Shown here: one piece after another, positions 1-8,758 of the stretch
How positions within the stretch are numbered: position 1 is the stretch's first letter
Layout of the letters: every line of letters starts with the position of its first letter
DNA from: Pseudomonadota bacterium
Lineage (GTDB): Bacteria > Myxococcota_A > UBA9160 > SZUA-336
Reading direction: 5' to 3'
Length of the DNA: 64,000 nucleotides
NCBI GenBank assembly: GCA_003247575.1
Contig: QJZC01000011.1
Span: 87,874 to 151,873, forward strand
The notes under the pieces: model-generated
What the model was told of the DNA's origin: nothing
The model's input: the letters and a program-made list of their open reading frames with translations, nothing else
Databases searched by the model: none
Position numbers and translations under genes: made by a program

Positions 1-398
1 CTCGGTGCAGCGATGTCGATGCCGTCGTGGTTTGCGCCCCAGCGTCGCCCGAACCGGCTCGAGACCTGGCCCCGAACGGGCCAGCGCATCCGCGTGCGGC
101 TGGACGAAGGCTGCCAGCGCCCGCGACTTGCGACCCCGCTTGGGGGACGCGCATTGCGGAACTCGGGTACGCGCAGCCGGTCGCCCACGTAGATCTTCGA
201 GGCGTTCTGCAAGCGATTGACGCGTGCGATTGCATCGACCGTCGTACCGTAGCGGCGTGCGATCTCCCACACGGTCTCTCCGGCCGCCACCACGTGGACT
301 CGGCTCCAGCGTGGCGCACGCGCAGACGTTCCCGCACACCCGTTCGCGAAAGCGATCAGGAACAGCAGCACACAGCAGGCGCCGAGCGTGCGCTTCAG
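1..398 (-). CDS. LysM domain / M23 (LytM-type) metallopeptidase lipoprotein, N-terminal part only (gene continues past the left edge)
   Basis: Reverse-strand reading frame, absent from the ORF track because there is no stop in the window. It reads LKRTLGACCVLLFLIAFANGC (signal peptide with lipobox Cys), then VAAGETVWEIARRYGTTVDAIARVNRLQNASKIYVGDRLRVP (LysM), then WPVRGQVSSRFGRRWGANHDGIDIAAP (M23 HxGxD). Start uncertain: there is no ATG; CTG at 398-396 overlaps the DedA stop (CTGA), and GTG at 461-459 is the alternative. Confidence 0.7.
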   Translation of the reverse strand, partial: MKRTLGACCVLLFLIAFANGCAGTSARAPRWSRVHVVAAGETVWEIARRYGTTVDAIARVNRLQNASKIYVGDRLRVPEFRNARPPSGVASRGRWQPSSSRTRMRWPVRGQVSSRFGRRWGANHDGIDIAAP

Positions 399-1054
399 GC
401 TCCGGAGGCGGTAGTGGCCTTCCGTCGATGCAAGAAGATGTACAGAGCGATCAGCAGACACGCTCCCCCCAGCACGTACCCAGTGGCTTCGCGGAGCAAA
501 CGACGCCAGAGCTCGTCGTTGTTCCCAGCAACGTATCCTACCCAGACCAACACTGTGCTCCAAAGCCCGGAGCCCAACGCGGTGTATGCGAAGAAGCGTA
601 GGACCGGCATGCGCGCGAGCCCCGCGGGCACCGAGATCAGCTGACGGATCCCAGGAATCAGGCGCCCAACCAGAGTCGTTATCTCCCCGTGGCGCGCGAA
701 GTACCGCTCGGCCGCGTCGAATTGCTCGCGCTTCAAGAAGAAGTACCCCCCGATGCGTTCGAGGATCGGGCGTCCGAGCCAGATCGCGAGAGCGTAGTTC
801 AGGGCTGCACCCAGCAGACTGCCGAGAATTCCGCACGCCACGGCAAGGGGTCCCGACATCTCGCCGCGCGCAGCGAGCATTCCGGCGGGGATCATTGCCA
901 CTTCGCTCGGGAACGGGAAGATCGAGCTCTCGATGGTCATCATGACGACGATACCGCCGTATCCCCAGTCGCGGACCAGATCTACGACCCAGTCCACCGC
1001 TGCAGCGAGGAAGGCTCCGATGCCCCCCATTGCTCCCTCGGCCCCTGCGCTCAC
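395..1054 (-). CDS. DedA / SNARE-associated family inner-membrane protein
   Basis: Track ORF 395..1111. Motifs seen: ESSIFPFPSEV...GILGSLLGAALNYALAIWLGRP...FFLKREQFDAAERYFARHGEITTLVGRLIPGIRQLISVPAG. I prefer GTG at 1054, preceded by GGAGGAGG. ATG at 1111 or 1030 is also possible. Confidence 0.8.
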   Translation of the reverse strand: MSAGAEGAMGGIGAFLAAAVDWVVDLVRDWGYGGIVVMMTIESSIFPFPSEVAMIPAGMLAARGEMSGPLAVACGILGSLLGAALNYALAIWLGRPILERIGGYFFLKREQFDAAERYFARHGEITTLVGRLIPGIRQLISVPAGLARMPVLRFFAYTALGSGLWSTVLVWVGYVAGNNDELWRRLLREATGYVLGGACLLIALYIFLHRRKATTASGA

Positions 1055-1150
1055 GCGTCCTCCTCCCGATGAATTCCGACCTTCCAGAGGCATCTTAGCC
1101 CACATGGGCATTGCCGCGCCGATCGGTACGCTATACTCCGCGACCTCTGT

Positions 1151-1227
1151 CGGGGCGTAGCGCAGCTTGGTAGCGCGTCTGAATGGGGTTCAGAAGGTCC
1201 CCGGTTCAAATCCGGGCGCCCCGACCA
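1151..1227 (+). tRNA. tRNA-Pro, anticodon GGG
   Basis: Full cloverleaf by hand. Acceptor CGGGGCG/CGCCCCG, D arm GCGC/GCGC, anticodon stem TCTGA/TCAGA with loop AT-GGG-GT, T arm CCCGG-TTCAAAT-CCGGG, and encoded CCA. Confidence 0.95.
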
Positions 1228-1354
1228 CGATTCCCCTTCCCGGTCGCGTCCCTCTCTGTCTTCAGGGTCTCCAAGTGGCTTGTGCTGGCCCCGGACCACG
1301 GCGAACGAGCGCGGCTACGCTGCTGGCCTCAGGGACACTCGCTAAGCTGACCTC

Positions 1355-1885
1355 ATGTCCAAGCTTCTGCTCAGCTTGATGCGTCACGCGAGTGCGCTCG
1401 TGGACTCCAAGGATCACGAGCGCAAGCTCAGCCCAGTCGGACATCAAGAGAGCCGTTCGGCCGGGCTCGAACTTGCCAAGGTAGGGCTGGATCGCGTGCT
1501 CTGCTCCACGGCTTTGCGGGCAGCCGAGACCTGCGAGGAGGTCTGCGGGCAGCTCGAGCACCAGCCGGCAATTGAATTCGAGCGAGGGCTCTACCTGGCC
1601 GAGCCGGACATCATCTTCGAACGCCTGAGTGAGCTTCCGCTGGGGGCGGAACACGTACTGGTCATCGCGCACAACCCCGGCGTGCAGCAGCTGGCCTGGG
1701 ACCTTGCGGCCGGTTCTAGCTTGCGGGCTCAGCTGCGGGCGGGAATGCCTCCCGCGACGCTCGTGCACTTCGAGGGCGAAGCTTCCGATTGGTCCGAGCT
1801 GCGTTCGACTCAGCTTCGGCCGCTCTGGCTCTGGTCGCCCGGCGCGGGCTCCCCGGTGCACGCGATGGAGTCGGAACGCGGCTGA
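1355..1885 (+). CDS. sixA: SixA-like phosphohistidine phosphatase (histidine phosphatase superfamily branch 1)
   Basis: 176 aa. Has the LMRHA catalytic RH motif at the N-terminus, then ...R.LS..G...LDRVLCSTALRAAET...VLVIAHNPG. Size and layout match SixA. Confidence 0.7.
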   Translation: MSKLLLSLMRHASALVDSKDHERKLSPVGHQESRSAGLELAKVGLDRVLCSTALRAAETCEEVCGQLEHQPAIEFERGLYLAEPDIIFERLSELPLGAEHVLVIAHNPGVQQLAWDLAAGSSLRAQLRAGMPPATLVHFEGEASDWSELRSTQLRPLWLWSPGAGSPVHAMESERG

Positions 1886-1919
1886 CCGCGCTTCCGCCCC
1901 AGCCGGCTCGGCTGCGCGT

Positions 1920-2309
1920 CTAAAGGCCGGAGCTACCGAGAATCTGATGGGTGATCGAGACCAGCTGGTCGCCGCCCATCGGTTTCTCCAGCACATCGAA
2001 GGCCAGGCCGTCGTTTGCCGCGCCCTCCAGCTCGCTCAGGAACTCGCGGTAGAACGCAGTCACGACGTAGATCGGAACGTCGATGCCCTGTTCGCGAATC
2101 GCCCGGAGCGTCTCGACGCCGTTGAGCCCTGGCATCTTCAGATCGAGGAAGATGAGGTCATAACGTTGTGAGGCGAGGCGGGCCAGGCCTGCTTCCCCAG
2201 ACTCGGCGTCGTGGACCGTATAAGGTTGTCCCTCGAAGGCAAGCTGAAACGACTTGCGCACTCCCGCATCATCGTCCACTACAAGTACCGACTTCCTGCT
2301 CATGAGCAT
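1920..2309 (-). CDS. Single-domain CheY-like response regulator
   Basis: 129 aa. VLVVDDD acidic pocket, phospho-acceptor in DLIFLDLKMPGLNG, VVTAF, and LEKP lysine. Confidence 0.9.
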   Translation of the reverse strand: MLMSRKSVLVVDDDAGVRKSFQLAFEGQPYTVHDAESGEAGLARLASQRYDLIFLDLKMPGLNGVETLRAIREQGIDVPIYVVTAFYREFLSELEGAANDGLAFDVLEKPMGGDQLVSITHQILGSSGL

Positions 2310-2348
2310 CTCTCCCTATGCGCACCCCTCGAACGGGTCTTGCGCACC

Positions 2349-2975
2349 TTACCAACGCACCTCTGCGGGATCCCACAGCCGTTCGATCCGAGCCTCGTCG
2401 ACGCCGACGAGTTGCTGGCGCGGTTCTGATCCCATGCGCACGAGCGTCGGAGTGGCGCGCACCTCGTCGAAGCGGGCGCGGTTCGGCTGCGTCAGGATGT
2501 CGATCACCTCGAGCTCGAACTGTCCTTGCATCGCGGAATCGAGCATCGTGCGGACTCGATGGGCGCACGACTGCGCATAGCGTCCCCGGCCCGTCAGATA
2601 CAGCTTGAAGAGCCGAGAGGGACGCTCCCAGATGACCGCGTCGACCAGCCAGCGGACGGTCTCGATCCGAACCGGTGGCGCCAGTACCTCGAACCAGATC
2701 GGAACGTCTGACGGGATCTCGTGATCCTGCGCAGGAACCACGTAGATGGGTGCGGTCCGTGCGACCGCTCTGAGAGCGTGAAGCGCCGAGGACAAATTGT
2801 CCCCGCATTCGGCGTAGGCGACGACGACCACGCCAGCTCCATGCTGGCCGATCTCATCGATGCCCTGCTCGATGGTGCCGCAGGAGCGGAGGGAAGTCTT
2901 CGCAGCTGTCAGGGCCTTCTCGAAGGTTTGGATCAGCTCGGAATCTTGGGCGATCAGAACGAGGTCTCGGTTCAC
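2349..2975 (-). CDS. Pseudo-receiver domain fused to a KaiB-fold domain
   Basis: C-terminal ~90 aa (about 2349-2618) aligns by eye with KaiB: FKLYLTG...FELEVIDILTQPNRARFDEVRATPTLVRM...PRQQLVGV. The N-terminal ~118 aa has a receiver-like beta/alpha pattern, but the phospho-acceptor position reads VVVAYAECGD with no Asp. The GTG start overlaps the kinase stop (GTGA at 2972-2975). Confidence 0.85.
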   Translation of the reverse strand: MNRDLVLIAQDSELIQTFEKALTAAKTSLRSCGTIEQGIDEIGQHGAGVVVVAYAECGDNLSSALHALRAVARTAPIYVVPAQDHEIPSDVPIWFEVLAPPVRIETVRWLVDAVIWERPSRLFKLYLTGRGRYAQSCAHRVRTMLDSAMQGQFELEVIDILTQPNRARFDEVRATPTLVRMGSEPRQQLVGVDEARIERLWDPAEVRW

Positions 2976-4513
2976 CTTGGCTCTCCCGACGGACTAGAGT
3001 GACCTAGGGGTAGTGTAACCCGGAATCGCGCGCCAAAGTCGGCAAGTGAGTTTCCCGTCAGGGTCCCGCCGTGAGCCCGCACGATTCCCTGGGAGATGGA
3101 CAGGCCGAGGCCGGTGCCCGACCCGACAGGTTTCGTCGTGAAGAATGGGTCGAAGATGCGATTCTCGGTAGTTGGATCGATACCGCCGCCATTGTCGGAG
3201 ACCGTGAGCTCCATCTGGGCACCGTCGGAGCGGAGCGCGATCGTCAGCTTTGGATCGCGGTCCTCCACGCTGCGCAACGAGTCCAGGGCATTCGAGACCA
3301 GGTTGACCACGACTTGCTCGATCCCGTCGGCGGATATGCACACTAGCGGGAGATCGGGATCGACCATCAGGTCGAGCGTCACCTCTTCGCGTCTCATTTG
3401 ATAGGAGAACAGGTTGCACACCCTGGAAACGATCTGGGCGAGATCCTGAGGACTCTCCTGTCCACTGAGCGAGGCACCGGTGTGCGAGAAGTCCAGCAGG
3501 CCGCGCACGATGCGCGCGCAGCGTGCAGCTTCTCGCTCGATGTCGTGCAAGATGGGCAAGCGCGCGTCACCGTCGTCGGTTCGCTTGGCACAGTATTGCG
3601 CGAAGGTGCCGATGCTCATGATCGGGTTGTTGAGTTCGTGCGCGACCCCGGCCACCGTGCGGCCCAGGGCTGTCATCTTCTCTGCATGGATCAGCTGGGC
3701 CTGCGAGGCCTCCAGCTCGGAGAGCGCATCCCGGAGCTTCGACTCGGCGAGCTTTCGAGAGCGCAAGTCGGATAGGATTCCCGTGAAATAGATCTCGCCG
3801 CGGTCCTTCACCTCGCTGACGGAGAGCTGAATGGGTATGCATGATCCACTGGCGCACTGAGCCAGTACCTCGCGACCACGGCCGATGATCCTGGGCTGTT
3901 GGGTTTCCAGGTAGCGGCGGACATAGGCATCGTGCGCTGCCGCGTGTGGCTCGGGCATGAGCATGGAGACGTGAGACCCGATCAGCTGTTCGCGCGTGTA
4001 TCCGAGCAGCGATTCGACCGCATCGTTTGCGGACAACATCGTTCCATCGGCACGCATCGTGATCACACCGTCGACCAAGGTCTGCAAAATCGACTCGAGG
4101 AGCGCGCTCGAGCGCGTGTCCTGCTCGGAGCGCTGCAGCGCAGCTCGTGCGGTGATCAGCGGCTCGACCAGCTGGTGCACGCGCTCGCGTTGCGCGGCTG
4201 TCAGAGGAGCTGGCTCGTGCCGCCAGAGGACCACCAGGAATGGCGTGTCCGGCGATGGCTCGATGGGGATCTGCGCCTCGTGGAGATGGCCCTCCTCTCG
4301 GAGAGCGGGATTGCCTCTATCGTCAGGTCTCTGTGGCGGGGTTAGTTCGCCCAAACTCCATCCCGTAGGGCTCCGCTGCGAGGCGTACGCGCACCGATAG
4401 GCGTTCGAGGCGGTCTCGTACTCCGCGAGCGCACAGGCGTCTGCGTCCAACAGCTCGCAGATCAACGCGGCGATCCGCTGACAGTCCTGCAGATGTCGTT
4501 TCGTGAGTTCCAA
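2972..4513 (-). CDS. PAS-domain sensor histidine kinase (cytoplasmic; GAF-like N-terminus)
   Basis: PAS ([34 protein letters not shown]), H-box [11 protein letters not shown], and N/G boxes (NLVSNALDS; DNGGGI; GSGTGLGLS). Track ORF reaches 4822, but residues 1-103 are Arg/Ser-rich and look non-coding. I prefer TTG at 4513 behind GGAGCGGAG. Confidence 0.85.
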   Translation of the reverse strand: MELTKRHLQDCQRIAALICELLDADACALAEYETASNAYRCAYASQRSPTGWSLGELTPPQRPDDRGNPALREEGHLHEAQIPIEPSPDTPFLVVLWRHEPAPLTAAQRERVHQLVEPLITARAALQRSEQDTRSSALLESILQTLVDGVITMRADGTMLSANDAVESLLGYTREQLIGSHVSMLMPEPHAAAHDAYVRRYLETQQPRIIGRGREVLAQCASGSCIPIQLSVSEVKDRGEIYFTGILSDLRSRKLAESKLRDALSELEASQAQLIHAEKMTALGRTVAGVAHELNNPIMSIGTFAQYCAKRTDDGDARLPILHDIEREAARCARIVRGLLDFSHTGASLSGQESPQDLAQIVSRVCNLFSYQMRREEVTLDLMVDPDLPLVCISADGIEQVVVNLVSNALDSLRSVEDRDPKLTIALRSDGAQMELTVSDNGGGIDPTTENRIFDPFFTTKPVGSGTGLGLSISQGIVRAHGGTLTGNSLADFGARFRVTLPLGHSSPSGEPR

Positions 4514-5055
4514 TCGTCTCCGCTCCTGCCTGGCCCAGGGGGCACCGTACCTGCCCCGCCAGCATAGACAGCCCTGGCGCTTGCGAAAAGCCCCCAGGTG
4601 AGTGTCCCCCAGGAGACGGCTCGCGCTGGTGCTCCTGGGTCCGGCAAGCCTAGGCGGCAGCCGAATGGCAGCACGGGCATGAAGTCGGGGGCGAATTGCC
4701 ACGCCCCTTGCGGCTCTCCGGGATAGAGAGCACTTTGCCCCTCGCGTCGATTGCCAGGATCGATGCGCGTTCAGGTTCGAGGTCGACACCTGCGCTCTGG
4801 CGCTAACCGGTGTCTGCTTCATACGGAGTCACTCTGCAGGTGAGGTGGGCTCCTACTCCACTGAACGGACTGACCCGTCGATTCACGAGGGCTCGAGCGG
4901 CTTCGTAATGACCACTCGGTCGTTCCCTCATTCTGATTGTCCAGCCATACAACACGACTGGACCGATCGGCTCGTATCGCCGCCGATCGGTTCGTGCATG
5001 CGTACTCGACGAGCCCTCATTCGCGCTGACGAGTGAGAGCTCAGGAGGTTGACTC

Positions 5056-7551
5056 GTGCGTGTGAGAGCTCCTTCAGGTATCCGGAAGCAGGCGAGAGTG
5101 CGCGGAGCGTTCGTCGTCGCACTCTGCTCGGTCGCGTGCGTGATCAGTGGGCCCGCTGGCCTCACATTCGCTGACGAGCCCAGCAACCGTGTACGCGTGG
5201 AGGACGAGAAGACAGCGGCACCGGGGCGAGTTCGTCCTGCTCCATCCAACGAGGGATTGGAGTCGATCACGGTGACGGCTCGCAAGCGGCCCGAGAGCGT
5301 CGATCGGGTTCCCGTGTCGATCTCGGTCCTGACCGACCAGGATCTGGCGGAGCGAACGGTGCGTCGAACCGCAGATCTCGACGCTCCCAATCTCGAGATC
5401 GCAAACACGATTGGTTTCGCAAATAGTGCGCGCGTCGCGCTGCGAGGCGTGGGGCAGTTCGACGTCGCGCCCACGACGGACCCGGGAGTCGGCATCTACT
5501 TCGATGGAGTGTACCTGGCTCGGGCACAGTCGGGGCTGCTCGCGCTCGCAGACCTGCAGAGGGTAGAAGTGGTTCGCGGCCCGCAGGGAACGGTGTTCGG
5601 AAAGAACACCATCGGGGGCGCGATCAACTTGATCACCGCCAAGCCCGAGTTCGACTTCGGTGGAAGAGCCGTGTTGCGCTATGGAGATTTCGATGAGATC
5701 GAGACCCGTCTCGCGCTCAACGTTCCGCTTGTCTCCGAACGTGCTGCTGTGCGCCTGAGCCTCGCGACTGCGACCCACGATGGCTATCAGAAGAACGTCG
5801 GCGGCGGCGGTGACGGAGACGACGAGAAGCTTCTCAGTGGGCGGATTCAGCTGCGGCTCGTGCCGAGAGCAAACGTCGAAGTGCTCGTCGCGGCCGACCT
5901 CGCGATCGAGGACAAGGAGCCTCAGCCAGCCACATGCATTCCCGTGACGGGCATCGGAGCCCCATCGACGCTCCTCGGAACGATCGATTTTTTCAACAGT
6001 CTCTTCGTTCCTGGGGGGTCGCTGAATGCGCCCCGCTTCGCAGCGCAGTGTGCGCAACGGGCTCGGCACGAGGAGCGCCGACGCTTTCGTTCGGACATCC
6101 CATTCACGAAGGACGATCAGACGTCATTCGGCGGCTCGGTCACCATCCTTTGGGATCTCGACGACCGTAGCACGCTGACTTCGATCTCCTCGAGCCGGGG
6201 TTTTCGGACGCGGGCAGGGGTCGATCTGGATGGGACCGAGTTTCCGCTCACGGTGGCGACGAGCCCTGACTCACTCGAACAGGATCAGATGAGCCAGGAG
6301 TTCCAGTTTGCATCGAGTACTCTGAGTGGACGTCTGCGCTACCTGCTTGGCTTGTACGGTTTTCGTGAGAAGGTAGCCAACTCGTCGTTGGGGCCGGACG
6401 GACCCGGCGTGTCGATCGCGACGCTGAGCGATCCCTCCTCGATTCAGGGCTTCGAGCTGCGCCCCTTCGCGCTGGTGCGAAACAAGTTTCGCACGGGAAG
6501 TCTGAGCTACGCGGCGTTCGGTCAGGTGACCTTCGACGTCTCGCCCACGCTCGAGGCGACTGTAGGGTTGCGCTTCTCGCACGAGCGAAAGCGATTCTTT
6601 CGGCGGGGTGTCGTCACTCGCTCGGGGGTCTCGCTCTCCTTGTTCGATCCGGTCGCGGCCGCGAGCCTCGATGGCCTCGCCGCGGAGCTCGTTCCGGCTC
6701 CAGTCGGGACGCTGATCGCGAGTGTGGATCGTGCGAAGCGATTCAGCGACTTCACTCCTTCCGCGAGTCTCACCTATAGCTTGAGCGATGACCTGCTCGC
6801 CTACCTGAGCTTCAGCACCGGATTCAAGAGCGGGGGCTTCGATGGCCGCGAGGTCAACGATGCTCCCGAGGTCGATCCCGAGCACCTGACGACCTACGAG
6901 ATCGGCTTCAAGGGCGATGCCCTGGATGGGCGTCTGCGCTTCAGCGCGGCTGCCTTCTACAGCGTCTATCGCGACGTGCAGCTCACGGTAACGACTGGGA
7001 ACGTTGCAAACCCGACCGATGTGCTGAATGCCGGGAGAGCGATCATCCGCGGCGGAGAGGTGGAGCTCGCGGTGCTGCCTCTGGAAAACTTACGGCTCGT
7101 TGGCGCGCTCGGTGTGCTCAGTACGAAGTACGATCGGTTTTCCGATCGCATCGTGGATACGAGCGGGCCCGCGCCCGTCGTGATCCCGGTCGATCGCGAC
7201 AACCTCGACCTTCCCTTTTCGCCAAACTACACCTTGAGTCTGTCGGCCCTCTACTCGGTCCCGACTGAATGGGGGACCCTACGCATGGGTGCGGAGTGGC
7301 AGCACAAGGGCGCGCAGTCGCTCGACGTGCTCAATACGGAGCAGCTCAGGCAGGGAAAGCGCGGCGAGCTCAGTGTGCGCATCGGAGTTGCGTCGAGAGA
7401 CGAGCGGGTCGAAGTCTCGCTGTACGGGCGCAACCTGCTCGACCGGGACTATCAAGTGAGCGGTTTCGAGCAGACGTCTGCGAATGGCTTCGTAGGCCGC
7501 TTTCAGGGGCCTCCGCGTAGCTATGGGGTCGAGCTCCAGGTTCGCTTCTGA
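5056..7551 (+). CDS. TonB-dependent receptor (TBDR-1)
   Basis: 831 aa. GTG start 7 nt after AGGAGG, signal peptide, plug region (ITVTARKRPESVDRVPVSISVL...RVEVVRGPQGTVFGKNTIGGAINLI), a long beta-barrel, and C-terminal ...YGVELQVRF ending in Phe. Confidence 0.9.
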   Translation: MRVRAPSGIRKQARVRGAFVVALCSVACVISGPAGLTFADEPSNRVRVEDEKTAAPGRVRPAPSNEGLESITVTARKRPESVDRVPVSISVLTDQDLAERTVRRTADLDAPNLEIANTIGFANSARVALRGVGQFDVAPTTDPGVGIYFDGVYLARAQSGLLALADLQRVEVVRGPQGTVFGKNTIGGAINLITAKPEFDFGGRAVLRYGDFDEIETRLALNVPLVSERAAVRLSLATATHDGYQKNVGGGGDGDDEKLLSGRIQLRLVPRANVEVLVAADLAIEDKEPQPATCIPVTGIGAPSTLLGTIDFFNSLFVPGGSLNAPRFAAQCAQRARHEERRRFRSDIPFTKDDQTSFGGSVTILWDLDDRSTLTSISSSRGFRTRAGVDLDGTEFPLTVATSPDSLEQDQMSQEFQFASSTLSGRLRYLLGLYGFREKVANSSLGPDGPGVSIATLSDPSSIQGFELRPFALVRNKFRTGSLSYAAFGQVTFDVSPTLEATVGLRFSHERKRFFRRGVVTRSGVSLSLFDPVAAASLDGLAAELVPAPVGTLIASVDRAKRFSDFTPSASLTYSLSDDLLAYLSFSTGFKSGGFDGREVNDAPEVDPEHLTTYEIGFKGDALDGRLRFSAAAFYSVYRDVQLTVTTGNVANPTDVLNAGRAIIRGGEVELAVLPLENLRLVGALGVLSTKYDRFSDRIVDTSGPAPVVIPVDRDNLDLPFSPNYTLSLSALYSVPTEWGTLRMGAEWQHKGAQSLDVLNTEQLRQGKRGELSVRIGVASRDERVEVSLYGRNLLDRDYQVSGFEQTSANGFVGRFQGPPRSYGVELQVRF

Positions 7552-7675
7552 GCGAGATCGATCGTCGGACCTGTCGTGCCCCGCGCTGATGGGCGGTGGG
7601 GTACCACCGCGAGAGATCCGAGCGAGCCGAGGAATGCAGGTCGTCTAGACACGTACGGGTGTATCGCGTCCTCGC

Positions 7676-7692
7676 GGGACAGATAGTGTCCC
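7676..7692. promoter_or_regulatory. Perfect inverted repeat GGGACA-N5-TGTCCC, candidate operator upstream of the TetR gene
   Basis: GGGACAGATAGTGTCCC lies in the 300-nt gap between TBDR-1 and the TetR gene, about 160 nt upstream of the TetR start. Size and symmetry are typical of TetR-family operators. No binding evidence. Confidence 0.3.
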
Positions 7693-7852
7693 AATTCCTC
7701 CAGGACACCGGGCCAATGCGCAAGCTTGCTCTAGTGGCCCGCCCGCGGCCTGCCGCGCAATTGTCAGCAACTTGGTCATGTGATCAACTCGATTGTGAGA
7801 GATCGGGTGGGGAATTGATCGCAGATGCTGAATACCGAAGCCATATCGTGAC

Positions 7853-8689
7853 GTGATGAAGAGTGCAGAGGTCGAGACCAAGAACAATAAGCGAGCGGCC
7901 GCGACGTGCGCATTTTGCGGGGAGCCGATCGAGGTACCGCCCGGTCCGGGCCGCCGTCCGCGCTACTGTCGTCCCTCTCACCGACAGCGTGCCTATGAGG
8001 AACGACGACTGAATCGCGCGCGCCAAGCGGGCATGGTGCGGTCGACTCGCAGCGCGGCCCCCGACCTTCCACCCGTCGCGAAGTCGGGGGATCCGAAGCG
8101 TCGCATTGCGGCGGCTGCGCGCGCCCTGCTCGCGGAGTGCGGGCTCGAGGGGACCACGATGCGCGCGATCGCCGACCGTGCAGGGGTTGCCTACGGCACC
8201 GTGAGCTACCACTGCGGCACCAAGGAGGAGCTCCTGATTCAGGTGCTCCAGACCGAGGGCTGCAAGCTGCAGCGAGATGCCGAACGTACCTGGGAGATCC
8301 CAGATCTGAGCTCTCGACGGAGATCGCTGACCGAGGAGATGCGCACGCGCGTCGAACGCCAACCCGAGGTGTTCAAGCTGCGCTTCGAGATGTTTGCCCT
8401 GGCGCTGCGCAATGAGCCCTACCGAAGCGAGGTGGCGAAGTTGCTCCAGAGTGCGAGGGCATCCGTCGGCGAGTCACTCGTAAAAGCTGGATTTCGGGAC
8501 GAGGACAGTCTGCGCCTCGCGCCGCTGGTTCTCGCAGCCATTGATGGACTTGCGCTCCAGGCGCTCGTCGATCCGGACTTCGATCACTCGGCAGCGCACG
8601 GTCTACTGACTCTCCTCTTGGGGCAATTCCGTCGTGTACGGGAGAGTGCAACGGACCGCGCGGGACGCACGGGCGAGCAGGACGCCTAG
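7853..8689 (+). CDS. TetR-family transcriptional regulator with N-terminal zinc-ribbon-like extension
   Basis: TetR HTH: RIAAAARALLAECGLEGTTMRAIADRAGVAYGTVSYHCGTKEELL. The N-terminal 60 aa contain CAFC-x16-CRPSH followed by RQRAYEERR. Confidence 0.85.
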   Translation: MMKSAEVETKNNKRAAATCAFCGEPIEVPPGPGRRPRYCRPSHRQRAYEERRLNRARQAGMVRSTRSAAPDLPPVAKSGDPKRRIAAAARALLAECGLEGTTMRAIADRAGVAYGTVSYHCGTKEELLIQVLQTEGCKLQRDAERTWEIPDLSSRRRSLTEEMRTRVERQPEVFKLRFEMFALALRNEPYRSEVAKLLQSARASVGESLVKAGFRDEDSLRLAPLVLAAIDGLALQALVDPDFDHSAAHGLLTLLLGQFRRVRESATDRAGRTGEQDA

Positions 8690-8758
8690 CGGCAGAGAAA
8701 GCGCTCGCCGCATGGCGAGCGCCCGTCTTCTCGGTTGCTTGCGAGGTCTGGAGGGACC

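Noticed and set aside
1151-1227. tRNA-Pro as a possible genomic-island integration site
   Set aside because: There is no integrase or recombinase next to it, and I noticed no direct repeat of the tRNA 3' end elsewhere in the window. The flanking genes look like ordinary chromosome.
4514-4822. N-terminal 103 codons of the 616-aa histidine kinase ORF
   Set aside because: The translation (MKQTPVSARAQVSTSNLNAHRSWQSTRGAKCSLSRRAARG...) looks non-coding. A TTG with a GGAG-type RBS at 4513 begins the recognisable sensor domain.
4823-5055. Possible cobalamin or other riboswitch in the long TBDR leaders (also 18900-19269)
   Set aside because: I found no B12-box-like element (GCCACTG context) and no TPP-type conserved core by eye. 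A covariance-model scan (Rfam/Infernal) would be needed to rule this out.
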